A DNA stretch of 63,594 bases, filler included, from Folioceros fuciformis (Eukaryota), in NCBI GenBank assembly GCA_049999805.1. It is 11 parts of 11 records of this genome, joined end to end, with 100 filler letters (N's around TTAATTAATTAA, not from the genome) between each part and the next. Parts side by side here need not be neighbours in the genome. Positions count along the whole stretch, not along the records: positions 41,041 to 48,988 come from JBNGIO010002096.1; positions 49,089 to 53,334 come from JBNGIO010002097.1; positions 53,435 to 56,640 come from JBNGIO010002098.1; positions 56,741 to 58,250 come from JBNGIO010002101.1; positions 58,351 to 60,288 come from JBNGIO010002104.1; 6 more parts are not named here. One strand, 5' to 3'. A program made the position numbers and the translations under genes. The notes beneath the pieces are model-generated. The model was given only the letters and a program-made list of their open reading frames with translations, was not told the DNA's origin and did no database searches. Shown one piece after another: positions 47,224 to 60,388 of the stretch; position 1 is the first letter of the stretch; the number at the start of each line of letters is the position of its first letter.

Positions 47224-48659
47224 CGTCGTGAGTCGTGAAACAATGCACCGCGCGTCGGTACGGGATGCAGGCACTCGACCAACTCGAGTCGTGAAGGATT
47301 GAAGATTCTGATGCTCGGATTCAGACGTTCGAGTAGCGTGGATGCTATCTCAGGGTTGTGAATGCGGTGCCGCGCTTTGAGCGGTGCACGGTTGTTGAGG
47401 TGCATGCTGCGAGCGCGAGGGATATATAGATTTAGGTGAGCGAAGCCAGCACTATGGTCCATCGGATGTAGTTAGTCAATGGCCAATTTCGGTGAAGTCA
47501 GCAGGAACACCAGTTTCGTCATATTTGGCTGGAAACCGCGGGAGGCCGATGGAACCGTCGGCTGGTCAGCAACGACGAAGTCTCTCTCTTCAGGGTCGGC
47601 CACCGGTTGGCCTTGCACTCGTGTTTCGCCACCTTCGAACCGCGAGCGACTTAATTTTGAATTCGTCCAACACAGCTCGTTTTCTCTTTTGCCCCCATTC
47701 CATTTCTTTTATGACAAAGTTGATACCACGAATGCTCGACTGCATCTCTTTGATGACGAATTGCTGGATTTCTTTTGCGACAAGTTGTCTTCCCAATTTT
47801 CGCCTTCTCACGGTTCGGGTTCGGGTTCGTGCATTGCCAGATTAGTATATGGTAAATTGTCATTATAGCATCCGGTTATGATTATCAACACATGTTGTAG
47901 TGGACCGGGTCTTCTTATGAAGTAGTTTCATGTGCTGGACCGGGACTTTCGAAAACATGTAGTTTGATGTGACGAGGGTACGTATGTCGTGCTATTGTTC
48001 AGGGGCAGGTTGGTTCGGGCTCCAGCTGTGAAATTTGATTACGACTCGGATGACTGGCAGATCTCTACCACTTGACGAGTGATTAATCCACTTAACCATG
48101 CTGGACCTACCCGCAGGTTTCCAAGCAGCCTCCTACCAACTTCGAGGAAGGCAGGCAGAAACTTCTCGGCGCAATGACTGAAACTCTAGAACACAACAGG
48201 AGTCTGAAAACGATGTAACTCCGAAGGAAGGAATCTTAACGTTAGGACTCAAGGGCTCAGTGGCGGCTTCGTTCGTGGTTCGATTCATGCCAGCGATGTC
48301 CTCACCGACGTCAGTAGAGGGAGCTAGATAATCCTCATAGCCCTTGATTCAAGCATCGCAGACATAGCATCGTACATCAGACGTGGCCCTCACTACTTGC
48401 ATCACACATCAGAGAATGAGAACGAAAACCTGAAGACCGGCTCTCTCGTAAACCGAGATGCTGCAAGGCTCAGTGTCGGCCATGTTTATGGTTCGATTCA
48501 TGCCAAGCGCTGTCCTCAGTGATCAGTAGAGGGAGCTTCATATCCTCATGGCCCGCAGCACCTTGTCAAAAACAACAGGCACAATCCCATCCTCTCGTCG
48601 TCCACAGAACAGTCACGAAAGATGACAAGACAAACACACCAAAACACAAGCAACCTCAC

Positions 48660-48720
48660 TGTCACACACACAAAGCGCCACACACACAAAGCGCCACACA
48701 CACAAAGCGCCACACACAGA
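48660..48720. repeat. 16-bp tandem repeat (cacacacaaagcgcca)
   Basis: Three copies seen directly. Confidence 0.85.
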
Positions 48721-48805
48721 CTCGTTCCCGGAGCTGCTTCACAAAACGGCTGGCACGAGAGCGCCGACTCGTGCGCTGAAGTGAGGAGTCGAACTGAGAG
48801 GTAAG

Positions 48806-48988
48806 TTAGGGCTAGGGCTAAGGTTAGGGCTAGGGCTAAGGTTAGGGCTAGGGCTAAGGTTAGGGCTAGGGCTAAGGTTAGGGCTAGGGCTAAGGTTAGG
48901 GCTAGGGCTAGGGCTAAGGTTAGGGCTAGGGCTAGGGCTAAGGTTAGGGCTAGGGCTAGGGCTAAGGTTAGGGCTAGGGCTAGGGCTA
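48806..48988 (+). repeat. Telomere-like hexamer array TTAGGG/CTAGGG/CTAAGG running into the contig end
   Basis: 5 x (TTAGGG CTAGGG CTAAGG), then about 4 x (TTAGGG CTAGGG CTAGGG CTAAGG), the last copy partial. Confidence 0.95.
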
Positions 48989-49088
48989 NNNNNNNNNNNN
49001 NNNNNNNNNNNNNNNNNNNNNNNNNNNNNNNNTTAATTAATTAANNNNNNNNNNNNNNNNNNNNNNNNNNNNNNNNNNNNNNNNNNNN

Positions 49089-51883
49089 GTCTGGGGCCGC
49101 CTGGGTGGGGAATGCAGGATACTGGGCAGGGGGCTTCGGCTCCTACGGCACACCCTTTTCTGCGTCTGCGTCTGCCTCTGCTTCGCCGTCTGCCTCTGAC
49201 AAATGTGGCTCCGCGGATCCCAATTATGGCGGGATGCTCTCTGCTCTTCTGAGAGTGTTCCCCTTGCTAGCGTGCGTTAGGGTCTTCTCGTTGCTCCTCC
49301 TTTTCCTTCGCTGGGCTTGGGTGAGGCTCACTGGTGACACCACCGGAGATGATGGTAACATGAACGGCATTCGGCGGGGCGGCCAGAGGCGGGGCGAAGA
49401 TACAGGGGCCTTGGAAAGGAACAGGGGGGACAAGGCTCGCCGTAAGGCTGAAGAGAAGAAGCAGGCCAGGCTTGAGCGGGAGCAACTGGAGGAAGAGGAG
49501 AGGCGGCAGAGAGAGGAAGTGGCTCGTCTGGTTGAAGAGCGCAGGAAGCTCAGGGATGAGAAACTGGAAGCGGAACGAGAGAGTGAGAGGGAAGCTGCTG
49601 CCGAGAGGGAGCGTGAGATGAGGAAAGAAAGGGAAGCAGAAAGAAGGCGACAGGACAAGTTGCGAGAGAAGGAGAGGGAAGCAGCTGCCAAGGCCAAGGA
49701 CACTGACTCTGAAGATTCGACTAAGAGAAGGAAGGATTCCAGAAGGGATGCCGACAGAAGAGTGGAAGGGGAGAGGCGGGGGGATGTGGACAGGAGGGTG
49801 GAGTCCAAGGCACCAGGTGCCACTGCCGAGTACCGGAAAGGTACCAAAGGCTTCAAGGGGGTTGTCCCTGATGCAGGCCTCAAGAGTGATGGGGGATACA
49901 AGGCAGCCGGTGCCACTTCTGGAAAGTCGCTCAATGTCAGGTATCAGGGAGCCGCGAAAGGGCCTCTCCCACCCTCCAAGAATGGCATAGCCAATCAGAT
50001 CAATTCTTCGTACTTCTGGAGGAATCCTGCAAAGTCTAGTAAAGGACCTGTCAATGCTACCTCCAGTACATCCCCGCCTGCTGTGGCTAATGGGGCGACC
50101 AGTGGAAAGAAGGCAGATAGTAGCTCCTACTCAGCCTGGAAAGTGTGGCCTAAAGGGTGGGGCAAGGGACAGTTGCCCGCTTCTGAGGGAGGCAATGTCA
50201 CCCCACCTGCCTCCGTTGTGAAGGCAAAGGATACGAGCAGTCAGAATGGAGGTCTAGTCTTTCCGGGTGGGACCACTGGCGCTCAGACACATGACTTCCT
50301 GCAGTCAGTGGTAAGTAATACATATCCAGCACCGCATGTAACTACGTAGGCCGGGTGTGTGCTTTGGAGCCTGCCCTGTTTGTTCAGGAACTGGTATCCT
50401 GGGATGCTTTTTTTGGTTTCCTGTAGGAAGGTGGTTGTTGTTGCTTTTTCCCCTGGTGTTGTTGCGGAGAGTGCCACGTCGAGATCTGTGGAACCCTCAG
50501 GTGCTGTGGGAACTCATAATGATTTGGGCTGTAGGTTGGAGAACCTACAGAGCAATCAGCTACTCAGTCAAGGCCATGGCAACGGCTGTTCTCAAACTCT
50601 ACTGATGTGGTTGACCAGTGTAAAGAGGACACCGTCTCCGATGATTGCTGGCAGAAGCAGGATGTGCAAACTGAATCAGGTGGCCCTTACGTGTCTGTGG
50701 CGCTGCCGTCGAATCCAATTTTGACCTCCTCAGGGAATGTTGACAGCCAGGGACGCTCACCGGCATGCCTCACTAGCCTGTCGAAAGGTTCAGTTATTCA
50801 TGTTCCGGCTTCTTCCCCGGTACTTGCACCTATCTCTGCACCTCTGAGTGCTGCTGCGTCTTCAGCACAGTCGAGCATACCTATCTATGCTGCTACATCA
50901 GTCCTGTCACCTGTGATTGGGTGTAGCGCAGTATCCTTGGGGAGTACATCCATTGTTACACCCGTGCATGCTCCTGTTTCTGCTCCTATGCAGGTGCCAG
51001 TTGCTCTTCCTTTGCCTATGACCAGTCAGGGTCCGGACCATGTGCCGCAGGACCAACTTCCGCAGATTCTTGAGCCATGGGCTACCCCAAAGCTCTCTGT
51101 GGACAGTCTTGATCTGGCAACAGAAAAGAAATGGCAGATGTGGGAAGCCCCGCAACTTGACCAGATACAGCTACCTTTGGTTGATACATGGATCCCGTTC
51201 GAAGGTGGAGACCTGGACCAGCTAAAGGACTCCTCGACGCCAGTCTCACAGGGTCAATTGATTGAGCCTGGGATCCATTGGCCATCTGGTCTTTTTCCTC
51301 CTATGCAGCAACATTGTAGTCCAGGCCAGGGTACAGGTGACCAGGTGAGCATGGTATCAGAGGCAGCCAGTAACAGTATATGGTCTGACTCGGCATACGC
51401 ATCAGCTGTGAACGCATGGGGAGACGCAGATGTGCTCGACCCACAGTTAAGAATGCCTGCCGAGTTTGTGGATTGTATTACACAGGAGGTCATGATAGAC
51501 CCAGTGATCACCGCTGATGGTCACTCGTATGAGCGGTCAGCAATCGAGCAGTGGCTCAAGTAAGACGGCTATCTGTGAACTTGTGGCTATTTGCAGCATG
51601 CTATCTTCCTTCGTTCAAGGACAGCTTCTTCCGGTTGCACAAAGTCTGCGCACCCTGCTAGTCCTGTCGTTGCTTCCTAGTAGGGTGCAGTCATCCGTCT
51701 GCCTTCCTCCAAGGGTAGTCATTCTTCTGTCAATGTTGCAGGTGTCATGACACTAGCCCAAGAACAGGAGAGGTGCTGCCACCACCACCTGGAGGTAATG
51801 GTTCAGGGGTGGATAAAACTCTGCGACCCAATCACATCCTGCGTGGTCAGATCATTGACTACAAGGAACGTCTCCAGCGGTAA
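49089..51883 (+). CDS. NST1-like (At3g51640/50-like) coiled-coil protein with C-terminal U-box; 5' truncated
   Basis: KARRKAEEKKQARLEREQLEEEERRQREEVARLVEERRKLRDE, RPWQRLFS; U-box PAEFVDCITQEVMIDPVITADGHSYERSAIEQWLK/CHDTSPRT..LRPNHILRGQI. Introns 50311-50534 and 51560-51741. Confidence 0.8.
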
Positions 51884-54838
51884 GGTCCCACCGTAGAAGC
51901 AACTTTCCTTGATAGCTCCATCCTTTCCTATCCTCGGGTGACAAGCTAGGAGTGTCTGTACCATTGGATCTCATTCGCCCTCCCTGTTCCAGGTCTGGAG
52001 TGCACGATGCAAGAGACAATGGCTGCCGCTGGACGTCACCATGGTCTTTCACAGGTTTAATAGAGAGACCGTACATGGGGAGCCTTTACAGTCCACAACT
52101 TTGGTCTTTCAATTCTGCCAGAGTTTCCCTTATCAATAGCCCACCATCGTAGATCGAGATTCACCTAGCCCATAAGTTCTGCACTTATGGAACATTGCCT
52201 GTGGTGTTCTACTTTGAAGGGAGGATGCTCCTGGTGAGTATGCATTCCAGCTTTTGGAGGATCCACACCGTCGCAGCAACAAGAGCATGACATCCTCCTC
52301 GTGTCCCTGCCCTTTCTCTCATCTTCGGACCTTTCCTCGTGCTGGCCTCAGAAGTCATCGTTACTCCGACCCGTCGAACCAGATCGCGTAGACGTGGAAT
52401 TGCACCCTTACCATCACTGTAGACGAGGCCCTCGTTTTCCTCCTGGTGTGGAATCTCTGCCCCTTGTTCTTCTTGTGCCGGTATCGGTGGCAACACATGA
52501 ACCTTGCAGAGCAGCGCTTGCTGTGTGAAGCTTCCTCGCGGGCGAAATTGTCCAAGGTGTTGCCATTGGATCCATTGTCGGTTTGGGTGTCGTGATCTGG
52601 GGTAACGTCAGGGCAAACCGAACGTGGTGACATACGACATTCCCTTTTTGTGTCATCACACTATGATGTGATTGGAGGTATCGCAGTTAAGAAGTGCAAA
52701 GTTGCGTACGATCGTTTGCATACCCGATGTAATGCTCCACTTCCTGCATCATCCATAGCCGTGGATGATGCAGGAAGCAGTATTCGGTCAAGGCGAATGA
52801 ATGTATCAAACGTCTTTCACAAAGTAGGCGACAAAATGAACAGCGCGGTTATAGTCACCATTATGAAGGCTAAAAAAAAGAAGAACTACGATCGCACAAT
52901 GATGGATCGCGGTTAGGCTTTCAAGGCGCAGTATCCCGCAGTTTCACCTGCGCAGACCCACATTTAATGGTCAGGCACCAAACCCCCGGCGGGACGGCCG
53001 TCGCCTCCCAGCCCGGTATTGGTAATATGGATTTAATGATTTGCCGCAACAAACTTGATCGTAGAGTTTGAGCTTTAGGGCACGCTCGATGGCTTAATGC
53101 ATTTCATTATGGATCTCGGGCCAACCCATGGGACCAGAAGGTGGAAAACTTGACATACAAGAAAACACTGCGCCGTAAGCCTGACAAACCACGGGGCGAA
53201 AGATAGCAGAAAGATTGATTAAAATAACGTTCTCCTTTCTGTACGGTCGGTAACTATCACTGGGCGGTTTCTTGTGTGCTTCGTTCTGAAAGGCGCTTCA
53301 AAGAGCCTGACACACTGTACATACATACATACAGNNNNNNNNNNNNNNNNNNNNNNNNNNNNNNNNNNNNNNNNNNNNTTAATTAATTAANNNNNNNNNN
53401 NNNNNNNNNNNNNNNNNNNNNNNNNNNNNNNNNNCAGACGATGTGTCATGTTGTATTAAGCGTTGAACGCGAGCACAAGCACGCGCTGCGCCAACTGGTG
53501 AGCATCATCGCAGATAACAGTGCAGGAAAACAGAGTCTGCCCTGGAAGATGAAAGGAGGAAACGTAACTTTAAACGCTGGCGCAATGACGACATGGAGGA
53601 TATTGCAAAGAGACACTATCGCGCAGCGTAAGCACCATGAAAAGTACCCTCGACTGCAGTGACCCTGTCGCTGCTGAGGTTAACTTCGCAAGACGACGGT
53701 GTCAGGAACTGAAGCAGGGACTCTTGGATGCACGCAGCTTGGCACGATTCACTGCTTAGAGGCTTGCTTGCTGGCTAGCCAGGCTGTCATGCGTTCGTGG
53801 AGAGGCAAGATCAAGAGAAACCGGTAGAGATGAATGTCACGCTCTCGGATTCGCAGTGTAGTGTAACCTACCCTGGAACCCGGCCTCAGGGACGATATCG
53901 GGAGAGCCGAGCGAGTTGTCGCGTTGCGAGTGGAAGGAGCAATCCCGTGTGTGAGGCTGGGCTCTCATGAACTAGGGTTTGTGGGTTTGCCGTTTGTGGC
54001 TCACACGTCACACCGTAGCTTAGGTCGATTTGTATCCGATTCACAAGGACTAAATAACCCACACCCTGGCTCTTACGTGCCCATACTTTGGCGCTTACGT
54101 GGATGCACGGCAGGGTGTTTTTTTTATCTGAGAAAACACAGACCAAGTCGGCCGGTGTTTTCTGACATTTATTATGTACCCTGCATCGACTAATGACATA
54201 GTATATCAATTTTTATTTTTACAAGTCATTCACTATGACATTATCCAACTTGTATGAAAGGCTGTTTACAGAACTAGCTTGAACACACCCAAGGTGTGTG
54301 AAGGCTGCTCTCGAGACGCCGGACAAGAGGAGAGAGTGCCTGCGGTAGAGCAGCGTCCTCGACGTTGTGTGGCGTCTGTACGGTTTTGCCCATCATCCCC
54401 ATGTACTTGCAGCCTTGGTATGAGGGAATTCCAAGGTATTTAGTGGCAATCTAGTTTCTGGATGGCACAACGGGCTCTCTAAAGTTTCTTGCCGACATCG
54501 GCTTCGTGTGTAGGGTTCCGCCATTGTCGCCATGGTAAGGTGCCCTTGACATGAGGTAATTACGAGGTATCAAGTGGCAATCAAGTTTCTGGATGACATA
54601 AGAGTCTCTCTAAAGTTTATGGTTGACATGATGAGAGGCTCTCTAGCTTAGCAAGTTTTGCTTGGCAGGTTTGCGCTTAGCAGGTTTGTGCGAGGATGAA
54701 TGGCCTAAGTGGCAATCAGCTTTCTAGATGAACTCAGTGGCTCTCAAAAGTTTTTGCTTGACATAACGAGCTTTCTAACTCATTAGGTTTAGCAGGTTTC
54801 TAGGTTTTTAGGTTTGGCCATGGCTGGGCAACAAGGTC

Positions 54839-55872
54839 ATGGTGGTGAGTCTTCACTACAAAGACGGCCTTCCCAAACTTTTTTCAAGTTATCTATTTGG
54901 CTTAGGAGGGGAGTCGAAAGTTCAAAGCTACACCTTTGAACAATCCTCTCAGATGTGGAGCCAATCTCTAAGTCAACAAATATCACAAGGATGCTCCCTT
55001 CCTGAGCAACAAGCATTCTCAATGGCTCTACTTGAAAGTGTCATGCTAGGCTCTGGTTTCAAACCACCTACACCACGCAATATCATTAACCTAGAAACTG
55101 GTAAGGAGGTTCCAATTTCACAAGACACTGGCATAGGGTCAAAGAAGCATAGGGTGAAAAGCAAAAAACACTTAGAACTAGAAGGCGAGGATCAGGTTCG
55201 AAGAACAAGTGGTGGAAGGGGTCCACAATAGACTGAACACCATACTATCCACTTGATCCACCTTAGAGATTCTATGGAGGAGGATTTCAACAAAGCACAC
55301 AAGCAAGGTATCAACATGTGGAACAAGCTCTATCCGCGATTGTGTATGATCTGCCCAGATTTTCACAAGGATTCTCAGGCATGCCATCAGAAGCACAAGA
55401 ACCTTATGAAAGATTACAGGAAGGACAAAGCAGAGAACGAGACAAGTGGGCATGGAAGGTCTGATAAATATAAGTTTTCTGACCTCATGGATGAAAACCA
55501 TGATAAACGTCATAGGACATTTCCCTTCATAGGACATTTGCTACGCTTGTGAGGAGCTTTGTGAACTCTACGATGGGCTCTACTTTTTTAGATGTCACAA
55601 ATAGTTTGGAGAGGGAACTTGAGCCACCACCAGATGGTGAGCCCATATACCAAGAATCAAATGGACAAGCCTCGTTGGCATGTGGCCAAAAAGAGAAAAA
55701 GGTAGGAAAGAGAGACCTAAGACTAGTAACTATGAAACAGATGGCCAAGCGCACAAAATGTTTATTACAAGAGTACAAGGCAGTTGAAGAGCAGAAGTTG
55801 ACTTTACTCCAATCCATGAACGACACACTTGGCAACTTGGCAACATACTTGATGCACAGACAGAACACATGA
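54839..55872 (+). pseudogene. Degenerate Myb/SANT-like (trihelix) DNA-binding ORF, likely PIF/Harbinger transposon accessory gene
   Basis: GPQ*(W)TEHHTIHLIHLR..MEEDF..KQG..WNKL..ACHQKHKNLMKDYRKDK..SG..KF with an in-frame stop and a frameshift. Confidence 0.55.
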
Positions 55873-56740
55873 GCTAGTTTTGGTAGAATTTGCTTTCTCT
55901 AGTTTCTATTGTTCACCTTGGGTCTCAGACTTTGAGCCAAGGATAGTTTTGGCAATATAAGTGTTTTAGTTTCTATTGTTCACCTTTGATCTCCGTCTCA
56001 GACTTTGGACCCAAAACCTCGTTTGCCCGTCTTTTCAAGTGCAATTCATACAAGCTTTTGGCTAAAGCCCTCTGACGTGCCACAACTTGTTTGTAACCAG
56101 CCCTTGCATATGGGTTTTGGTCTCCACCATTGGCATGGTCTTCCACATTCACCATATTTCATCTTTGCCCATGCCTATTATATGCATTGTTGATTTCATA
56201 CAAAGTCTCTACAGCTGTCTTTGAAGCTTCTTGTTGCAGTGATAACAAGGAGGAAGCTAAAGAGAAAACAAATCAACCACTAGAGAAGTGGCTAGAGTCA
56301 AATATGATGACAATCATAGACTAGGTCTGGTGTTGTGTAGTTCATTAATAGTAAAAAGTACATACCTTTGTAGGAAAGGTTGTTGTGACCATAAAATGAT
56401 TATGGCTAAAAACATTACTAAACACCTACTTAAGGAATCCACCTAGCACTCTTGATGCCCTAGAACGATTAGAATGCCCTAATAATAAATTATTTTATGA
56501 ATATCAAGCAAGAACAAAACCCTTGGGTTAGGTTCTTAGCTTACAAAAAGATGTTCAGGTGTAAAATTTGATGGAAGTAGAAGAAGGAAGAAAGTACGAG
56601 AAGGATAGTGTATACAAATGGTACAATAACATAAGAGACTNNNNNNNNNNNNNNNNNNNNNNNNNNNNNNNNNNNNNNNNNNNNTTAATTAATTAANNNN
56701 NNNNNNNNNNNNNNNNNNNNNNNNNNNNNNNNNNNNNNNN

Positions 56741-58250
56741 AGGAATTCTCGCAACTTGTCCAGGTCCCCCACCTGCAACCTGTCTCTTTGAGGCCTGCAC
56801 TTGAAAATGTCCTTCCACCTTGAGGAACCCTCCTGTGCTGAAACGTGCCCTAACTTATCCTCCTGTCTGGAGAAAACTATGTTGGCTGCCATCACCTGAT
56901 CCGGTGGCTCCTCGGGTCTTGTCTCACCCTGACCTTGCTCCTCCAACCTTCGGTCCTTGATTCCCTGGACAGCTGGTTCTCGTTCTGCCTGTTGCTGGCC
57001 CGTCTGCTCCAGGGTTGTCCCCTCTTTCCTCCTGATCAGCCCCCATGCTCACACTTTGTCCTCTGGTCCTTTTCCTCTTGGCAGGAGTCTTCTTTTGTGG
57101 CACCATCCTCTTCCTGGGCTTTGACTGGGGTTTCCTCCTGCGAGCTATTCCCACTGTCAGCTTCCCAACTGCTGGAGGCAGCCCTTGCTGGCTCAGCGGG
57201 CTTCCACTTCACATCGCGAACTGGCTTCCACAAGTGCAGCGAGGCCAGCATTTCTAGCTCAGTGAACAGGTTAGCGTAACTGTACACATGGATTAGAAAC
57301 GGGGAAATCATAGAAGGTTTAGGGGTGGGTCGGATCAGGTCTGCCTCTCCTCATCCATCCGAGCGTATAAAATCCTCCCCTAGTCAATCCTGGTGCCCTT
57401 CACTACTTCATGCACAAACAGGAGCATCTGGTCGGACAAATAATCCTGTTTGCGTACCTGGAAGAAGCTTAGAAACCACCTGGCCAATCCCAACAGCTGG
57501 GGACTTGCCATGTCGCGCACCAGCCACCCGTTCGCTTCCTTTCTCGTGCCTGCCTTGAGCAGCGTTTCCGCGGCTCCTGTTCCGCCACGCCTCTTCAGGG
57601 ACTCCAGCACTAGTCCCCCTTCCTCCTGTTGGTCGCGCCCGTAGACCCTCCTGATCAACTCCAGGTTCCATTCCTGGGGTCTACCTCTGATCCCCTCCTC
57701 GCGTACAGGCTCTATCAACCTCAGGGCGCACTCCCTGACCAGTTGGGGTGCTGCATGGTTCCACTTCTAGGTCATAAAAGTCAGACCCAGCTCTGCCACC
57801 AACTTTCCTGCCCTTACCCTCCAGTGCTCCATATTGGGCCACAGGAGTAGGTCGATTTGGAGGACAGGAGGTCCCCCCTCCTGTCTAGAGGCTGCTGCTC
57901 CAGGGATCAGTTCAGGCTCCGACCTCATCCTGCCTGTCCTGCCCCCCTCACGCTCGGGCTCAGAACTCTTCTGTCCTGGTCGCGCTCTGGCTCTTCCTCT
58001 GTTCGCCCAGCTCTCTCCACCGCTCGTGCCTTGGAGGTCTCCCACTCCCCTGTGCCTGCTCAACCCTCACGCCCTACGTCGTCTGCCCCGTCGTCCTAGC
58101 GCTTTCTCTTCCTTCAACCGCTTCACGCTTCAAGTTACTCCCGCTCCCCGCGCTTTCGGATGTTGGACAAAGCTCCCCTTTCTCTAGGGTTTTTATGCCC
58201 TACCTGCTTTCTCTCCTTACCGCCCGTCGGGCTACCACCAATCGTCCCTC
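56741..58250 (-). mobile_element. Second copy of the accessory-ORF element at 17610-18945
   Basis: Near-identical peptides (WPNMEHWRV.AGKLVAELGL, WLVRDMASPQLLGLA.WFLSFFQVRKQDYLSDQMLLFVHEVVKGTRID, MISPFLIHVY) with different disablements. Confidence 0.85.
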
Positions 58251-60388
58251 NNNNNNNNNNNNNNNNNNNNNNNNNNNNNNNNNNNNNNNNNNNNTTAATT
58301 AATTAANNNNNNNNNNNNNNNNNNNNNNNNNNNNNNNNNNNNNNNNNNNNAGGTCGCGCATCCAGGCTGGTGCAAGAGAATTGAACCCAGACAGGCCTTG
58401 GCGGTTGAGTAGGGGGCCGAGTCGCAGCGGTCCTGCGATCCACTGGTCGGGACAGAGCCAGGTAGGGGCTGGCTGGCGGGCACGTCCTCCTTGCTAGTCG
58501 GATCTAGCCAGGCGGCGGTTGTGGCAGCCTGCAGGAGGATCTGCAGGCTAGCTGCCTGGCCAGATCCAGGAGGACAGGCCAGCCTAGCATGCGGTCTGGA
58601 GGGTGGCTGGGCCACCGGTGGCCCGGCTGTGCAACCAGTGGGGCTGGCCGGCTGGATGCGGCTGCGGGTGGCCGGACTGGTTGTGACTGCAGGCACGCAA
58701 CTAGCAGGCAACCTAGTATCGGCCTGGCTGGTCGGCGGCAACCTGGCTGGCAAGCGGCCGGCAGGCGATCCTGCAGGTGGATCCGACCAGGCAGCCGCAT
58801 GGTGCAGGCCAGCTGGCTGGAGGAGACCTTGGCCGGCAGGGCGAGGAGCAGGGGGCGTCGCCATAGCAGGTACCCGCCTAGCGGCTTGCGGGTGGCTCAG
58901 CGGGATCTGGGGCCAACCAGGCGGGCTGCACGCAGGGGCTGGGGGGACGATGGATCCAGCAGCCAGGTCGACTAGCTACACCATGGCCAGTCGGCGGCTG
59001 GCTGGATCATGGCCAAAGCAGCTGGGCTATAGGAAGGTGCGGCCACAGGGCCGGCTGCGATGGGGGCTAGAGGAAATTCAGGCCGGTAGGCGGATCAGCA
59101 ACTACTGGATCTGGAATCGGCAGGCAACTGGCGGGGGGAAGTCCAGGCCAAGGGGAATCTTGGCAGGTGGCTGGCCTAGTAGCAGCTGGTCGAGGAGCAG
59201 GCAGCCAGGCAAGGCTGTTTCATCCAGGAGGCGGGTAGAATCTGGGTCACAGTTATACCGAATCCAGGGAAGCAACGATGGATAAGCGGCTAAGGCAGCG
59301 GGCTGGATGGCTGGCAAGCAGCCCGGTCGTCAGTATGGGGACCGGCAGGCAGCACCCGGCCCAGCAGATTGGGCTGCGGGCAGCCAGCAGTGGCAGTGGG
59401 TGGCGTGCAACCGGGTGGTGGGCAGGATCGATCAGGCAACAAGGAGGCTGGGGAAGCCGGGCAGTGACTTGCTGCAGGAACCAAGCAGCTAGGCACGCTG
59501 CCTTGTTGGATTCGGAAGGCAAGAGGCCGGTGTGTGGCCTCGGTACAGGCGGCCTGGCACTGAAGGCTGACTGTTTGGGAGGAAGGGCTCCAGATGGCTG
59601 GGGCCAGATTTGGTCGGCCAGGGGATTAGAGGGGAGCACTGGCCTCCAGGTGACCGGTGCTCCGAGCAAGCAGGTGCCAGGATCAGTCTAGCAGACAGGC
59701 TGGTTGGTGGAAAATCTGAGCCTGGCCAGATTGCTGGGGCTGAGCGGGCCGGGGTGGCAGGATCCAAGCAACCATGCCGGTGGAATCCAAGCAGGAATGA
59801 GGGGCTCGGGCAGCCATGCGGGTGGTCGGATTGTGACCGGTCGACGAGCTGGCTGAATCCCGGTAGGTGGCTGGCCTAGCAACAGCTGGTTGGATTGAGG
59901 CCAAGCCTACCACAAGCGGGGAGCAAGAATGGCCCTCGTGAGATGGCTGGGGGCTAGATTCGGGAGCCATGCAGCGACATGCGGCCTGGCTACAGGATCC
60001 TAAGCAAGAAAGTCAAAGGGATTTGGGCTGTGGTCTCAAGCGGATCCGGTTGACTGCAGATGCAAGGGAAGCTGCCTCGGCCCTGGCTGATGGTTAGCTG
60101 TCTGGATACGGGCTGCAGGGCACTAGATGAGTAGATCTGCCGGGTCATGGGCCTTTGCCAACAGAATGGAGGGAAGGGTCTGAAGACGGCAGATCTTTGA
60201 AGGATTGCAGATGATCTAAGGGAAAGGAGAGGGTTAGAGAGGGGAAGAGGGTGTCGAGAGGCACTCGTGAGTTTTGGTAGTTTTGAGANNNNNNNNNNNN
60301 NNNNNNNNNNNNNNNNNNNNNNNNNNNNNNNNTTAATTAATTAANNNNNNNNNNNNNNNNNNNNNNNNNNNNNNNNNNNNNNNNNNNN

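Noticed and set aside
52150-54250. Several 70-110 aa ORFs after the U-box gene and at the start of the next contig
   Set aside because: No motifs or consistent exon pattern; cannot be supported
58491-59285. 264-aa Gly/Ala/Trp-rich ORF
   Set aside because: Explained by low-complexity GC-rich DNA; no domain signal
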